Shown piece after piece: positions 12,338 through 26,055 of a stretch of DNA of 64,000 nt (positions are counted from its first letter, which is position 1; every line of letters starts with the position of its first letter). The stretch is from Mayamaea pseudoterrestris. Lineage: Eukaryota. Below the pieces are notes generated by a model, which worked only from the letters and a program-made list of their open reading frames with translations, was not told the DNA's origin and searched no databases. The translations under genes and the position numbers were made by a program. The stretch is from assembly GCA_027923505.1 (NCBI GenBank), contig BROI01000029.1:62001-126000 (forward strand). The letters run 5' to 3'.

Positions 12338-12900
12338 TTACGCCTTCCAATGCATCAACCACCAGACGAAAATGAGCACTCCAACACCAAAGGCTACCAT
12401 GTAACACATGTGCTTGGCTCCTCCAGACTGAAGCATCGTTCCGATTCGGGTCAAGCTGTTGCCAAGTAAGTCGCGAGTGTTTGAAAAAGCATCGCCCATA
12501 TTGTCAAGCAAGCTGTTTTGCTCCTTGACTTCGTTGCTGTAGATGTTACACGAAAGATGATTTAGCAGCAGCAGATTAGCAAAATGATGTAACCGAAACA
12601 ATAGATGCAAGGCATGTTCTTGCAGTTCTTGCATTCAAAGTCATTGACTTACCCAATTTCAATGGTGAGGCCCTTGAGACGAGCAACTTGGTCGCTTAGC
12701 AAATCGATTCGCTCATTATTCTGCTGCTCCATAATATTGGAATTGGCGTCGTTAAAGCCTCTACCTCCAGCGCTGCGGTTTCGTCCTCCTTCCACGTCTC
12801 CGTACCGATTGTTATTGTACATGTTGTTGTTGTTATTATCGCTGTCGTTGAAGGAGCTGCTCTTGTTGCCCCGTGATCGCATAGGATTGTTACTGGTCAT
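12338..12900 (-). CDS. BET1: Bet1-like Qc-SNARE; intron at 12537-12652
   Basis: Spliced SNARE motif EQQNNERIDLLSDQVARLKGLTIEIG|NEVKEQNSLLDNM followed by a C-terminal TM anchor; GTAAGT donor and CAG acceptor. Confidence 0.88.
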
Positions 12901-13543
12901 GCACGTTCTAAACTTTTATTCAGCTTCGTCCAGGTTTGTTGCCGGCGACGAGTGTGTTTTCTGCGTCGGTGCAAGTAGAGTCGTCAAGGACAAAGGCAGA
13001 ATACTCGTTTGTAGATGAAGCAAACAAATGACTATGACTTTGACCCAAATAACCTGTCTGTTTCGATATTTCAGTGATGCAATATCTTATAGGATTTTTG
13101 TTACTATACGGCGTGTGAGCGGATCAAAAAAAGCTTGTAGTCGTTGGAGGAGCCGTCAAAAATTCCCATGGTGAGATGGACGCCGTCCATGACCGACGCA
13201 TGAACTCGACGTCGTTCCGGTACATCATGTCTTTCCGGGACTGAACGGAAGGGCGCGCCATTGGATTGGATCTTGAAGCCACATGCAAAGTGCCATTGGC
13301 ACTATCGTCAAAGCGCACAGTAAAGCAACATTTCAGTTCATTAGACCGGTAGATTGTTGCACTGCAGATTTGTTTAAGAGAAAGGGAATTTCGTTGGAGA
13401 GTAAAACCGGCAGTTGCGAAGGAAGCAGCAGCAGTAAGCTCCAAGAAGAAGTGAAAGTTCTGCCGACGACGACGACCAACTGCTCCTACCTTTGCTGCAA
13501 CTGCTACAAGCTTGCGCTCAAGACAAAATCACTCTGATACAGA

Positions 13544-14619
13544 ATGATTTCTATGCAAAAGCTTGCATGCAATGTTTCTTCCACTGCAAAATTGAGTGTC
13601 AGCTTTCGAAGATTTACTGCCACCACTCGAGTGGCTGCTTCAGCTTCAAACGACTCGTCCGAATCCAAGCATCAATCTCACTTCATGCTCATACTAGGAA
13701 AGCCTGGCGGGGGCAAGGGGACCATTTCAGAGAAAATACTAAAGGTATGATGTGACAGTAGCTGGCGGCTAGAGACGATGGCAAGGTTGCACCAGATCCA
13801 AGACCAGTTTTCACTTGTTGCTCACCTGTTTTGCGGTCGTCACATTCGCTTTTATTCGCAGGATTTTCCCATGTTTCATCACGTATCAACAGGGGATCTA
13901 CTGAGACAGCATGTTCGAGCAAATACTCCGCTTGGAAAGGAGGCAAAGGAATACATGGCAACTGGAGAGCTTGTTCCAGATTCACTCATGATTGACCTTG
14001 TCATGGACGATGCCACTCCGTACCTCGAGTCTGGTCAATCGTTGCTTCTGGACGGTTTTCCGCGAAGCTTGCGGCAGGCACAATCACTCGAAAAGGTTGC
14101 GCATATTGACCTGGTGATCAATCTGGATATACCGACGCAGATTATTGTCGATAGAATTGCTGATCGGTACGTGTCAAATCTACTACCTAGGCTGTTTATC
14201 TCGGCTGTTTGACGCGCTTGACGATCATGACTGCGGCTCACACGTAATCGCTTTGCACTATTCACCCAGTTGGATCCATCCAAAGTCGGGACGAATCTAC
14301 TCATACTCGTACAAGGCACCAAAGGCACACGGCAAGGATGATTTTACTGGCGAAATACTGGTGCAACGCGACGATGACAAGCCAGAGGCTGTGCGCGCTC
14401 GGCTGGCGGCTTACGATAAGGTAAGTTATTCGAACATGGTCAATCATGATACGATGAAACTATGCGTGACCTCATATTCTCTCGTCTGTTCGTTCAAAGA
14501 TTACTGCTCCTCTCGTCGACTTTTACAACGCACAAGGCGTTGTAAAAACATTCCAAGGGACAATGAGTGACAAAATATACATAGATGTTAAAGCATGGCT
14601 GCAGTCAAAAGGATTCTAA
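13544..14619 (+). CDS. Adenylate kinase (AK3/GTP:AMP phosphotransferase-like, mitochondrial); introns at 13745-13861, 14167-14269, 14421-14499
   Basis: P-loop GKPGGGKGT, HVSTGDLLR, LLDGFPR and LID motif R|WIHPKSGRIY...QRDDD. The three canonical introns restore frame to the stop at 14619. Confidence 0.92.
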
Positions 14620-15076
14620 ATGTTGCCTTACGAAAATCATGTCTCGTCATACTACAATGTAATATATTTTCAATGGGTAGCAAAAAATCATTGCTGCAGC
14701 TTCATCGATAACGTACTCCACGAAAGTGCCTCCTCTCGAATGCTCCTTCTGTGACACTGATTCAAGATTGAAAGCAATTACATTTGTTGCATGTTTCCTA
14801 GAATCATTCATGGCCATGCAGTGCGGGTCCCTCGGCGCAAGACGCTAGCTAACGTTTGGCGATAAAGTAGTCTTTTATGGCGTGACGTTTCGCGGTTGAG
14901 ACCGCCCGGCGCGGAGGACACAATCGACGCCTTCGCCATGCGAGGCGTTGTGACTAGCGCGAGCAATGATGCAAAACGCAACCTTCCTTTGCCATCAGTT
15001 CCATCGAAACTCAGCTACAGGAACAATTGCAACGGAGAGCAAACTACCGTAGCTGCTAGAGTCTTTTCTATCTATT

Positions 15077-18000
15077 ATGAGATCGTCTTCGTCGACCAAT
15101 CCTTTCGAGTCTGTCGATGCATTCCAGCACCACTCAAGTTACACTCGCCGATACGACGACTCAATCGACGCTGCCGAAGCTGCCTTTGAAGAATCTGTCT
15201 TTAGCGGCGAACAGTCTCATAACGCCAATTACTTTGCTACAAGTGATTTTCCAGGATTCATGCAGTCGCAGTCGCAGGACAGCGAGCCATTTGATATTCG
15301 TCAACGACAATCGACAGCAACGGACCTTCGATCGCCATCGGCCTTGGATTTTCGTCGGACAAATACTCGACTTCCGCAATGCTGGGAATCGGATGGAAAT
15401 TTTCCAATCAAGGAGATTGAACGGATTCGCAAAAAGACGAAGAAGCTTCGATCGCTGCGTGGAACTTTAAATGGCAATGGTGATGATGACGACGATGACT
15501 TTGTTCAAGACAATGACGACGACGATGGATTCTCCGAATTGCCTCCCGATTCCTTCGTCGCTCATCCGGCAATCCGACGGCAACCATCAAAATCTCGAGC
15601 GTCATCGTCTCTTCAGCCGCCTCCTCGTCCGACGCCTTATCATCGCATCCAGCCGCAGCCATGGAGTCGACATTTACCTGCAGCTGCAGCAACAACGATT
15701 CAGTCGCAAGCGACGGATAGTTTGGATGAAATACTCAATGCCAGCAGCACAAACCAATCGCAGCAGCAGCAAGTGGAAGATGACGCGTCCTATAGCAGCA
15801 GCAGCAGTTGTAGCAAGGAAGTTTCACAGTGTCTGCAACCACATGAAACGCGACTGCAGTACTCGGTTTTGCGTGACAGTAAAAGCAGCAGCAGTGACGA
15901 CAAGGCTTCCAACTTTTCGAGTGATTTTGTCAATCGCGATCCATCCTTGATACAAGCTAGCTCCTCCGCATCGAGTAACGAGCAGTCCGACACTGTCGAG
16001 ACGGGAGCGAATCCCTTCTTGCAAGCGGCGGCGGAATTGTCGGCGAGTGTCTCTGGTTCAACGTCCAACGTGAGCGGCAGCCAAGACAAACCAAGTACGT
16101 CTATACTCCAGCACCATTTACCAGAACCAATCATTGACAATGGCAATGATGATGCAACAATGACGCAGCTACACGACTTGTGCGGGGAAGCCGCGACGCC
16201 AAACGATTTGGCGTGGCGGAATGCACTGGCGCTCTTGTCCATGCAACCAGCGCTGGCAAAGGTGGCCGACTCGATGAATCAATGGACGCCGCTGCATATT
16301 TGCTGCATGGGACCATTTCCGGCGCCGTCGTATATGCTGCATGCACTCTTGTTTGTACATGTCACTGCCGCTCGACTGCCGGATGTTGGTGGACGATTGC
16401 CGCTACATTTGGTGGCTGCCACGTCGGCCGACGTTGACACAATGCAAATACTGGTGGACGAATATCCAGAGTCGCTCGTAACCAGGGATGAAGCGGGGTT
16501 TACGCCGCTGCATTTGCTGCTGCGTAATGCCAGTGTGGAACTGACGGTGGAGCGAGCGAGAGTGCTATTGGGATTGTCAATTGGAACTAGTAGTAGCACA
16601 AAAATGGCTACAGAAAACAGTATTGCATCGTCCAAACGTTCGCATTTACTGCAGCGACGCAGAGATCATCTCAATCTACAGGTGGACGAGGTAAATGGAT
16701 GGATGCGGCGACGAAAGCCTGTTACTGTTTTTCATTGGCCTAAAGTAGTTGATCATGAAGCCTTGTTTGACACGTATCCATTGGATGTTCAACTGGCGCT
16801 CAAAAAACTATCAAAGTGGAAGAGGTTACAAAAGGATGCACCGCAAGACTCTGAACATGTAGATCCGCAGCAATCAATTATAGATTATGGAATCCCTGCG
16901 GCGATGCCGTCTCCGACGACAGATCAGCTGCCGGTACATGTTTTCATTCGACGAGCGTTCTTTTGCCGAACTTCCTTAGTGGTCGAAACGCAAAAAAAGC
17001 GAAGCGAAGATGGGAGCGAGGATGACGATGATGACGAGTTTTCGGATCAAGAGGTCAGCACATCGCCAAGCGCAGTTCGAACATCGGTACCTCATCCGTT
17101 TGACATTCTCCGGCTGATGGTTGCAGCGTATCCAGAAGCTCTTTTGCATCGAGATTCAGATGGCTTCACTCCACTACTCCTGGTCATGGCAGATCCAGCA
17201 TATGTACCAGAACTTTCCGTCATTGAGCTGTTGCTTGGAACTCGAACCGCCGGTGCATATGAGAACCTGCCAGAATGGTCGGAAGATTTGCGTTTGCATC
17301 GCTCATCCAACCGCAGATATATGAACCCTGCGATGATACCGATGGCTGGGTCGGGGCAGCTGCCCCTTCATCTCGCATCGGAGGAGTACTTGTCCGAGGA
17401 TTGCATCATTTTCGCGATTCGCGACAGTTACCCTGGCGCAGTTCTTGTCCAAGACAATTATGGGCGAACGCCCTTGCATACTGCTCTGCGCAGTTACCGA
17501 CGAATTGCCGTCGAACCGAGAGTTCTTGCTGCACTTTATACTGATAGGGTCGCACTTATTCGTGATGACTATGGTCGCTTGCCTGTTGAATTGCTGTTTG
17601 ACGCTTTTCAGATTGCCCCGATGAAGCAACCGCATGATTGTGATGACGATGGTGATGTCGACGCATCTGCAATCTATAAACAGTTCATAATCACCTCGCT
17701 GCGGGAGCTGGGACGACAGACGAGCTCGCTTCAGAACAGTCGACTGCTGGACAAACTCAGAAAACTCCCACCCTGGCTGCGACAGGACGCTTGTTCTTCC
17801 TCCATCGTGAAATCGCTACTTATTCAAGAACTGGCTGGTCGATGGACTTGTGCATACATTTTGTTGGACGGTTTGGTCCTTGTGGGACTTATAACAGTTT
17901 TTCGGGTGCAAATGGAACAATATATTAAGGCGTTATACACTGGAGTGTTGCTCGCAAACTGGTATACCTACGCCGTTTACTTGGCAGCTACCGTTCGCCT

Positions 18001-19148
18001 CGTTTTGAACGTTTCCTCATGGGTTGTTCATGCAAAATTTGGGGAGTTCCAACATTTATGCCTGTTTAACCTACCCACTTGGATCGATACAAGCGCCATG
18101 TTTCTTGCGATTGTGACATCGGTGCTATTGTATGGCTCCGATCCCGAGGAGCAGCTGCTGGCGTTAGGCACGGCGACAACTGGTTTGCTTTGGTTGAGTC
18201 TCTTGAGCTACCTGGCTACTTGGTTTTGTGGTATGGCGGTTTTCACGGGCGCATTGCGGAAGGTACGTACGACAGTAGTTTGGAATGAGGTTATTTTGGC
18301 AGAATCTCATTCATTCAATCGTCCAGATTGCTTGTTTTCTCGTCTGGCCAGTTATTATCGTCTGCGCATTGTGTATTGGCTTTGCTCAAATGTTTTGTAC
18401 ACTGCTGCAACTCGATTGCGAACGAGCCATTGGCATTACGACAGTTTGCTCCGTACGAGATTCTTACCGAGTTGTTTACATGCTTGCTCGAGGAGAATCT
18501 TTGGCCAGCAACCAAAGCTATGAGACGATGTCGCGAGATGCAGTCGTATTGGTGATGCTCTTTCTCTTGCTAGCTGCCTTGTTCTGTGTTGGTTTGCTGC
18601 TCTCACTTTTGACCGCCAGCACGCATTTAAGTTTCGAGCAACTATCGACAATCTACTTCTGGGAGCCGAAACTAGCAGGACACTTTTCACTGAAGAATTT
18701 TAATTCGTCTCCCGGTAGCGTCGATCGTGATGAAACCTTTTGGGACAGCTTTGACGTCAAACTAGACCGTACATGGACTTTGTGCATGGTCAATCTATTT
18801 GGTGACGACAAAAGAAAACGGAAGCACTGGGTAACATCCAGCAAAAATTCATGGAATATTCGGTCGCTGCTATCTTCGCTTTTCGCAGTCGTGCTGGTGC
18901 CTATCTGGTTGGTTCTAGGAATCTTTACGTTTGGATTGGCTTGGCCAATGCAAGTCCGTGTAGCACTCTTCAGACCATACCATTTCGGGCAGAAGGAAAC
19001 AACCTCCTTGGACCAGATGGCACGAGAAGTATCGGGAATGAGACAGGAGATTTCTCATCTCAAGGCAATGGCATTCCATTGTTCCGACACAACGGAACAA
19101 AAGGTCGACAATATTGCTGACATACTACACTCAATGAAAGAAGATTAA
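15077..19148 (+). CDS. Large ankyrin-like repeat, multi-pass membrane protein (TRP-channel-like architecture); intron at 18263-18326
   Basis: Repeated G(R)xPLH motifs (WTPLH, GRLPLH, GFTPLH, GQLPLH, GRTPLH), then about 6 TM segments with a pore-loop-like stretch after splicing a 64-bp GT..AG intron, and a C-terminal coiled coil. Confidence 0.75.
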
Positions 19149-19218
19149 GTATAATTCATACTAAAATGTAATATATCTCCCTTGCTATCACTATCCACTA
19201 TCTCACCGGTGTTCGTCA

Positions 19219-22115
19219 TTAAGTAAGGTTGTTCGATGATTTGCTCGCTCGAAACTCCGCCATATTCGTTGCCTCCCCTGCTTGCTGTCTTTTAAAAATA
19301 TGACGCAACCATGAAAAGCTTCCGCCCTTGCTACCACCGTCGTCTTTCTTGGTAGGCGACGACGATGAGCTCCAAAGCCAACCAACTCCCACAACTAGCA
19401 CGACACCAACGCTGACAATCCCTCCAAGCCAGATCATTCGACGACGTCTCTCCGCTTCGCGACGCTCCTGCTCTTCGTGGGGTCTCGATTTCAGTGAACT
19501 CACCCCAGGTTCATGGAGTGCGCATCGCGCTAGGTGCTGCAACGCCACTTCGCGCTCCTTCATGCTGGCATCGTCTGCAGATGTAATCAAAGGCTGCTCC
19601 TCCAGATCTTCCTCTTGACAATGTAACTTGGCCGCGTCTAACACCTGGTCCGTTGTCATTCGATCGGCTTTCGTGCCTACGAATACTCGAGGTGTGTCCT
19701 TCGTAAGCAACGTCGACTCCAGTTCTTTGGCATACGTGAGACTTGATGCGACTGTGCTGTCGAAAACCAGCATAGCCAAGTCACAAACGCGATCTTTAGG
19801 CGATGTTACCGAGCCAAACAGCTCCGTCAGTTGCCGATAGTACGCTTCTTGGCTCGCGGCAGCAGTCTCTGGCACGTCTGTGAAAACCAAGTGCACGATA
19901 AACTCCTCCGAATCACCATGTTTGTTGCGTTTCAAAAGTTTGATGCAAGTTGTACTAGTTTCCGGCTTGACCGTCGTCTTGGTACGCGTATTGTTGGCCG
20001 TATCGCCCCTCAAGTAGTTAAGGAGCGCCGTCTTGCCGCATCCTCGACTACCAAGCACCAAGATGCGTATCTCTCGCGACTTTAACGCAGCATCGGGCAT
20101 GCTCTTGGTAGCTGCGGAAGGTGAGTGCAAGTTCTGCTTTGGCTTCCCCCTGCGACGCGACTCGTGAGACTTTAGCTTCTTCCCGCTCGTGCTGTCTTCA
20201 ATATGCCCAAGTCGAAACAGTTCCTCCCTCGTGACGACGGGTGAAACGGCCGACAAAACATGCCAATATCCCATCCATTCCAAAAATGTCAAAGGCTTGA
20301 GTGCACCACCGCTACCACTACTCTCCGCGCCACCTTCCCCCAACAGCATGCTGTTGTCAACATCAACATCGCTGTTGCTGGGAAACGAGTCACCCGTGCT
20401 AAGCAACGACGTGGCGGACTGTGCTTGCAACGTGGTGGACATGGTACCAGGAAGAATCATTGATAAGGACATTTCATCATCCGTCGATTTCAAAGCTGTT
20501 ACCGACGAACCCGCACCCAAATGCTTTGGAACGGAAAAACATCCCTGAAACAACTCCTTGGCCCTAGCCGGATGCCACGGAGGCAAGCCTGGAGGCGGCA
20601 AAATGGAAAATATCTTCATTAAGTCATCCGGCGACAACGTTCCATCCTTGTCGGAGTCAAAAAAGTAAAAAGTGTTCGCCAAAAAGTGCTTGGCCGACGA
20701 CGAGAGCTTCCAATACGTGAGTCCCTTGGCGTTCGCCTTTGAATGCTTCTTGCTTGCGCCACTGCTACTTCCTGCACTTTGGCCAGCAGCACCCTCATCG
20801 GCCGCTTCCCACGTAACCGACTCTGGAATGTGCAAATGCAAATCATCGTCATAATTAAAGTGTCGCAAAGCTTCCCATACAACGTCAAGGCGATTCTGTA
20901 GAAAGAACACGTCAAAAATGGTGCAAAAGCCTTGCACCGTGAATGCGTTATCAACAACACCCTCCACGTCTGGTTCCGTCGTGGTCACCACCTTTTTCCA
21001 CGCGGCAAAATCTCGAGCAAAGACCCCAACATTGTATGTATCGCGCTGAAAGTTGTTGAGCTCCGTGTCATTCAACAATCCATCAAAGTCTTGATCGTAA
21101 ATGCGAAAAATGCGAGTCAATGCTCGCTTGCATGGCTCGCTGAGCGTTCCAGTTTTTAGATTGTATAGTGGGGGCGTGAATGGATACAGGACGGCCTGCT
21201 GCGCCCTCATGAAGACGTCATCCACCCGCAGCAAATGCTTGGCCGAAACCTTGATGCACTGACGTACAAACGGGAAACGCTGCATCAACGTGACCAATTG
21301 CTGGCGCCTGTGCGCAAGAGCTTGCTCGTCCGATGATGCTGCAAAGGTGCTCGATGGCTTGTACAAGTCCACCTTGTTTTCCGCGACAATGACTGGAACG
21401 TTTCCATGATAAGCTTGCTCAATCAAGGGTAACCAATGGTGTTCCAATCGGTAAAATGTTTCGGGTCGATCCAAATCTTCCACCAAGACGATGGAATCAA
21501 CGTTTTGCACTGACGACATGGTCGGCGTACTTGAAAATTGACTCTGACTCGACGAAGACATAGCCGATGATGTCAATCTTGCTGTAGCAGCAGTAGTCGA
21601 TGTAGTAGCGCTAGCATTTGGATTCTGTGTAGGCGGTTGTTGCGTCTGACTCGATTGCGTTCCTTCCTTTTGCTGCTGCTGCTCGTCCTTCATGGTCCAT
21701 GAGCCCCTTCCACTTCCACTTGCACTCCCACTATGACTTTGATTCATAATCAATCTTTCCAGCGCCACATCTCCCTGCTGCGAGTCGACAATGGTCGTGA
21801 CGCAACCATTGCGAGGATCCGCCGGCATGCGGACTCGCGTCATTAACGCAGGCACCACTTCGCTAAAGTAGCGCGACACAAAGGCACTAATGAGCGATGA
21901 CTTTCCAACGGATTCTGCATTAACAATGAGAAAAGTGTATATTATAGTCAGATACTGCGATTTATCACAGAAACAAAAATATTCTAGCTTGACGCACCAT
22001 CTCCAAGCACAAGAATCGTCATGGAAGTTCGCTGGTCGGCCCGCTTCATTTCCTTGGGCTTTGTCGATGCTGCGGGCTCGGTAGGAGTCGGATTCATCAG
22101 AAACGAGTCACTCAT
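19219..22115 (-). CDS. RHOT: Mitochondrial Rho GTPase (Miro/Gem1); intron at 21915-21997
   Basis: Spliced P-loop ILVLGD-E-SVGKSS, NKVD, AVLYP motif, EF-hands DQDFDGLLNDTEL and DSDKDGTLSPDDL, second GTPase GSRGCGKT/TKAD, C-terminal TM anchor. Confidence 0.93.
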
Positions 22116-22462
22116 AATTTATGTATCTATGGTAGATGTATTCTATTGCTTGTTTGGATGCTGATTGACCCGAGAAGGAAGGCGATGAAGTTGACTCGTT
22201 TTCCTTCCGTCGTCTGCTTGCTTCGCGCGGAACGAAGTGTCGCATCATCATGCTGACATCTGATTGGATGATTTTTACTTAAGGGTCGAGGTGCTATAGT
22301 CGGACCGGTACTGCAAGCGCGGGCGCCGCGAAACATCCGACCATGGAGAGGATCGTTCCATTCGCTCTCACATCCGCTCGTTCCTCGCTTCACAGCTTGC
22401 AGAAGCCCAGTGTCAGTGCAAAAGCAATCAACACCTTTTCATAGATCCAGTGCCATTCGAGC

Positions 22463-23508
22463 ATGACGGATATAGTGGCTGATAATGCTGCTGCTGCTAC
22501 GCCAGTGGCGACCTCCATTGGAGCATCAGAAGCAGCGACGACTTTTGACGCAAATGGCAGGCTTGCACAGGCAGCAGTTGCAGAGGCACATGATTCCAAT
22601 GACAACCAGCAAGACATTGACGACAACGAAGAAGATGTTGAAGCATGGAAGAAAGTTCATGCGACATTGATTGAAGCCGTCATACGCGCGCAAGCTGCGG
22701 TTCAGGCCCAACAAGTTCAAAAACGATTTTGGCTTGAGGAAATTGCCGGCAACTTGAATGATCATGGTAAACTATCGGCTGGAAGTGTATGGAAGCGACC
22801 AATGGGAGGAGCAACTGGAATTGCACTGTCTAGTGGCGCCAAGGCATCGACGACAGCGACGAGTAGTGCCAAGCGAAAGGCTGATAATTCTCATTCCAAT
22901 AGCAAGAATCGCAAGAAGAAGCTCAGCGAAGGATCCGAACCAGACGATGATGACCCTGAGAGAGGAGCTTCGTCCCCCATGAAGAAGGCCAAGACAGTCT
23001 TGACGCGAACATTACCCACGCCTGGAACATCTGCTGCGAGCTCATCTTCGTCTTCGCATATGCAACCCATTTATCCGCATCCGCCATTGACTGCGGCGAC
23101 AATTGCAGCAGCGAATGGACCGGCAACCTTTCGGTCTCCGCACTTTGTCACGGCGAATAATGCCATGGATGCTTCCCAGTGGTCGCGCCAGAATGCAGCG
23201 GCTGTGGCGCAGGCCGGTAACCTTCAATATATGGTGAGTATCGATATAGAGCGCTTTATATATACAATGGCAAATGTTTCTCATGCACTTGTCTGGTCAT
23301 ACAGGCCGCCGTGGCTTTTGGACAATCCAACAACCATCCTGGCAACTTTTTCTTTCCGCAGCATGCTCCATCACAACAACCCTTGACGCAACAGCACTCC
23401 TACCCGCAGCATCCAGCAGCGCCGCCACGCAACTATGCTTCGCTTCACGATTTGGAGGAGAATGTGAAAGACGATGACTCGGATGAGGATGGGAATCGTA
23501 CCTTTTAG
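22463..23508 (+). CDS. Hypothetical low-complexity protein with NLS-like basic stretch; intron at 23234-23304
   Basis: ORF 22463 joins in frame to ORF 23311-23508 through ATG|GTGAGT...ACAG|GCC. Basic patch KRK...KNRKKK. Confidence 0.65.
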
Positions 23509-23894
23509 CAAGTGTTCGTGTAAGACGGAAACGTAGTGACAGAGGATGCAGTTTGCGTCATATTTGCTTGATTTATTGCGTTCGCTTAAATGGTAACATA
23601 AGATAATGTTTACTTTGTTATACTTTTGTCAGCCTACAGGCATGCGCTGGCAGCAAAAACGTTTCGCTCTTTCGTTCGTACAGGCAACTGACCAAAACGA
23701 CGGTACCGTATACAACTACACTAAAGGAACTAATATACAATTGCTCAGCACAATAAGCGTCCTCTAATTGAGTTTAAACACATATGATTATGCACGACCT
23801 AGACTTTCTGGCGAGGCGCTTGCATCAAGTTCAGTCACATCATGCAAAATCCGCCGACAATCCCACCCAGCCTCCATTATCAGCCGTCGAACGA

Positions 23895-24833
23895 CTAGTT
23901 GCCTCCTCCAGCATTGAGATTCTCCGACGGATGGATCAAGGCGGAGACGGCGGAGACGAACATGTCCGGAGTAACGGCAGGGTCGGCGAGGAAGTACGTG
24001 GTCGACTCGGCGGTTGGGTTGGCTTCGTCGAGCAATGATTTCGCCACGAAATAGAACGAGTTCATGGTGATGGCTCCACTTTCCTTCGCTGCGGCCAAAG
24101 TGCAGAAGATTTCCATTTCCTTGATCAAGTTACGAGTCGTGGGACCCGCGGGAGCAAGAGTCTCCTGTCCAGTATGGGAAACGTCGTTGAAAGTCATGGA
24201 CTCCATGGCCGTCTCAAGAGTCTCAACCTTGCCCGCTTTGATAGTGCCGCCAACTTCTTCTTCTGCGCCGAGAATGACAGCCTTTCCTCCAGACATCATG
24301 GTAAAAGTCTTGCGATTGTTCGTCGCCGGTGTCTTGCAGTCCGCTGCGCCCATCTTGGCTGCGCCCATCTTGACTCCATCATCAAGCGCAAACGATTCCT
24401 TGATCGGCTCGAGCGTCTCAACCTTGGCGGCCGCCGCCTTGGACTTGCTCTCAGCAACGCTTCCAAAGGCAGAGGGAGCCATCTTGACAGCCTTGTTGCG
24501 AGTCTGACGACCGGTGAAAGGTGGATTAGTCGCCTTCGTTGCATTCTCCAAGGTGACGGCGTCAATCGTGGAGGAAGCAGCAAAGGATTTCTTGGAGGTC
24601 ACTTTGACACTCATCGCCGCCGCCGCAACGGGAGTCGACTTGCTTACCAGTCTGAAATGCTTCGCGAGTCAGCACGCCTTGTCAACGCACGCCGCGATCG
24701 TCGACGCAACGAGAGTTTTGGCAGCCGGCTTGCTTTTGGCAGCGACGTCCGCCGCAGTCGGAGCAGCAGCAGCAGCAGGAATGGGCTTCTTGCTGCGGGC
24801 GCGAGTACTGTAGGTATGTCCGGTGACTTTCAT
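23895..24833 (-). pseudogene. Ala/Lys/Thr-rich 313-codon frame interrupted by one in-frame TGA (24669-24671)
   Basis: ORFs 24669..24992 and 23895..24614 share a frame and are separated only by TGC-TGA-CTC. High-GC codon usage continues across the stop. Confidence 0.45.
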
Positions 24834-25266
24834 GGTGGATGGGAAAAAGGGAGGCGCCGCGATGGAAACGATGATGGCTGATCGAATGCAATTTTGTGAT
24901 GTTTCGCGTGCAGGAGCGCATGATGCGCGTCTGTCCGTCGGTCGCCAATGACAGCATAGGTGCGCGCCGGTCGGGCAAATCATGGCGCGCAAAGCTTTTC
25001 TCCGGGATCATAGCCGTCCTCGACCATGTTACGTCATAAAATTTGGCGCCTTTAGCTACTAGCAGTTTAAAGAGTCATATACGAGCTATTGGTGCAAAGA
25101 AACCTACTTTTGTGCTTGGAAAGATCGTCAAAAATGACCTTCTCGAAGCGAGGAGGAAAGGTGTCGCAGCGTTATAACAAGTGTCGTAGCGAAACTCCTC
25201 GTTTTTTCGATGCACATCAATTTCCCTTCCCTTTGCTTGCTACACTGCATACAAAACACTGATATC

Positions 25267-26055
25267 ATGTTTGACTCTATATCCTGGGGAGAGCTAACAG
25301 TAGTAATTGGCCTTGGTTTGTTTATAATTGGCAAGAAGGATCTACCAAAAGCTGCTCACGTCGCAGGCACCCAAGTCGGTCGCGTCGTTGGATTGCTCCA
25401 AGGCGCAAGGGCAAGGGCGGATCGATTTGCCGGCCAGAATGAGCTTCGACAGCTACAAAGGGAACTCCAGAGTGGATTGCGGGAGTTGGACATGGTCAAG
25501 TCGGAATTTGCCGTCAGTATGAGTGGACAAAGTGCTGGAGGTCTTGGAAGCAACAGCAGCAGCATGTCCATGATGAGTGGAGGGAGGCGATGGTCGCCAT
25601 TAGTAAACACTTTGTCGTCACAGTCATCAAGCATGGCTGGAGCGACAAGGCAAACGATTTTGTCCTCTGACACAAGCAGTGCCATGACAAGCTCGCATGA
25701 CAGAATACCAGCGACTGCAGCAGCACCGATTACTGCACTGGAGGATCGAGAACAATTGCTCCCATACTCGCATCAATTACCGCCAGCGACACAAACGATT
25801 GCCGCCGTTGCGGAAGAGGAATGGATCAAGCGAGGCATCAATTTCAAGTCGCGAGCCGAGCAAGGTGCTGGACTGACAAGCTACGATGCCTCCACATCGG
25901 GATCCGTCATGCTAGCCAATCTCATTCAGCAGTCACTCATTTTTGACCAGTATAATCGAGTCGTGGCCGAGCAGGATGAAGCAATGCAGTCTAGAATGGA
26001 ACGAGCCAAGGAAACTGTACTTGCAGCGAGAGCAGCGGAGAAGAAGGGGCTGTAA
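25267..26055 (+). CDS. tatB: TatB-like subunit of twin-arginine translocase (probably mitochondrial)
   Basis: N-terminus MFDSISWGELTVVIGLGLFIIGKKDLPKAAHVAG matches the TatA/B pattern (TM helix with Glu, Gly hinge, amphipathic helix). No cleavable presequence. Confidence 0.75.
   Translation: MFDSISWGELTVVIGLGLFIIGKKDLPKAAHVAGTQVGRVVGLLQGARARADRFAGQNELRQLQRELQSGLRELDMVKSEFAVSMSGQSAGGLGSNSSSMSMMSGGRRWSPLVNTLSSQSSSMAGATRQTILSSDTSSAMTSSHDRIPATAAAPITALEDREQLLPYSHQLPPATQTIAAVAEEEWIKRGINFKSRAEQGAGLTSYDASTSGSVMLANLIQQSLIFDQYNRVVAEQDEAMQSRMERAKETVLAARAAEKKGL

Noticed and set aside
24064..24881. Plus-strand ORFs of 147 and 235 aa
   Set aside because: Antisense shadows of the GC-rich minus-strand frame.
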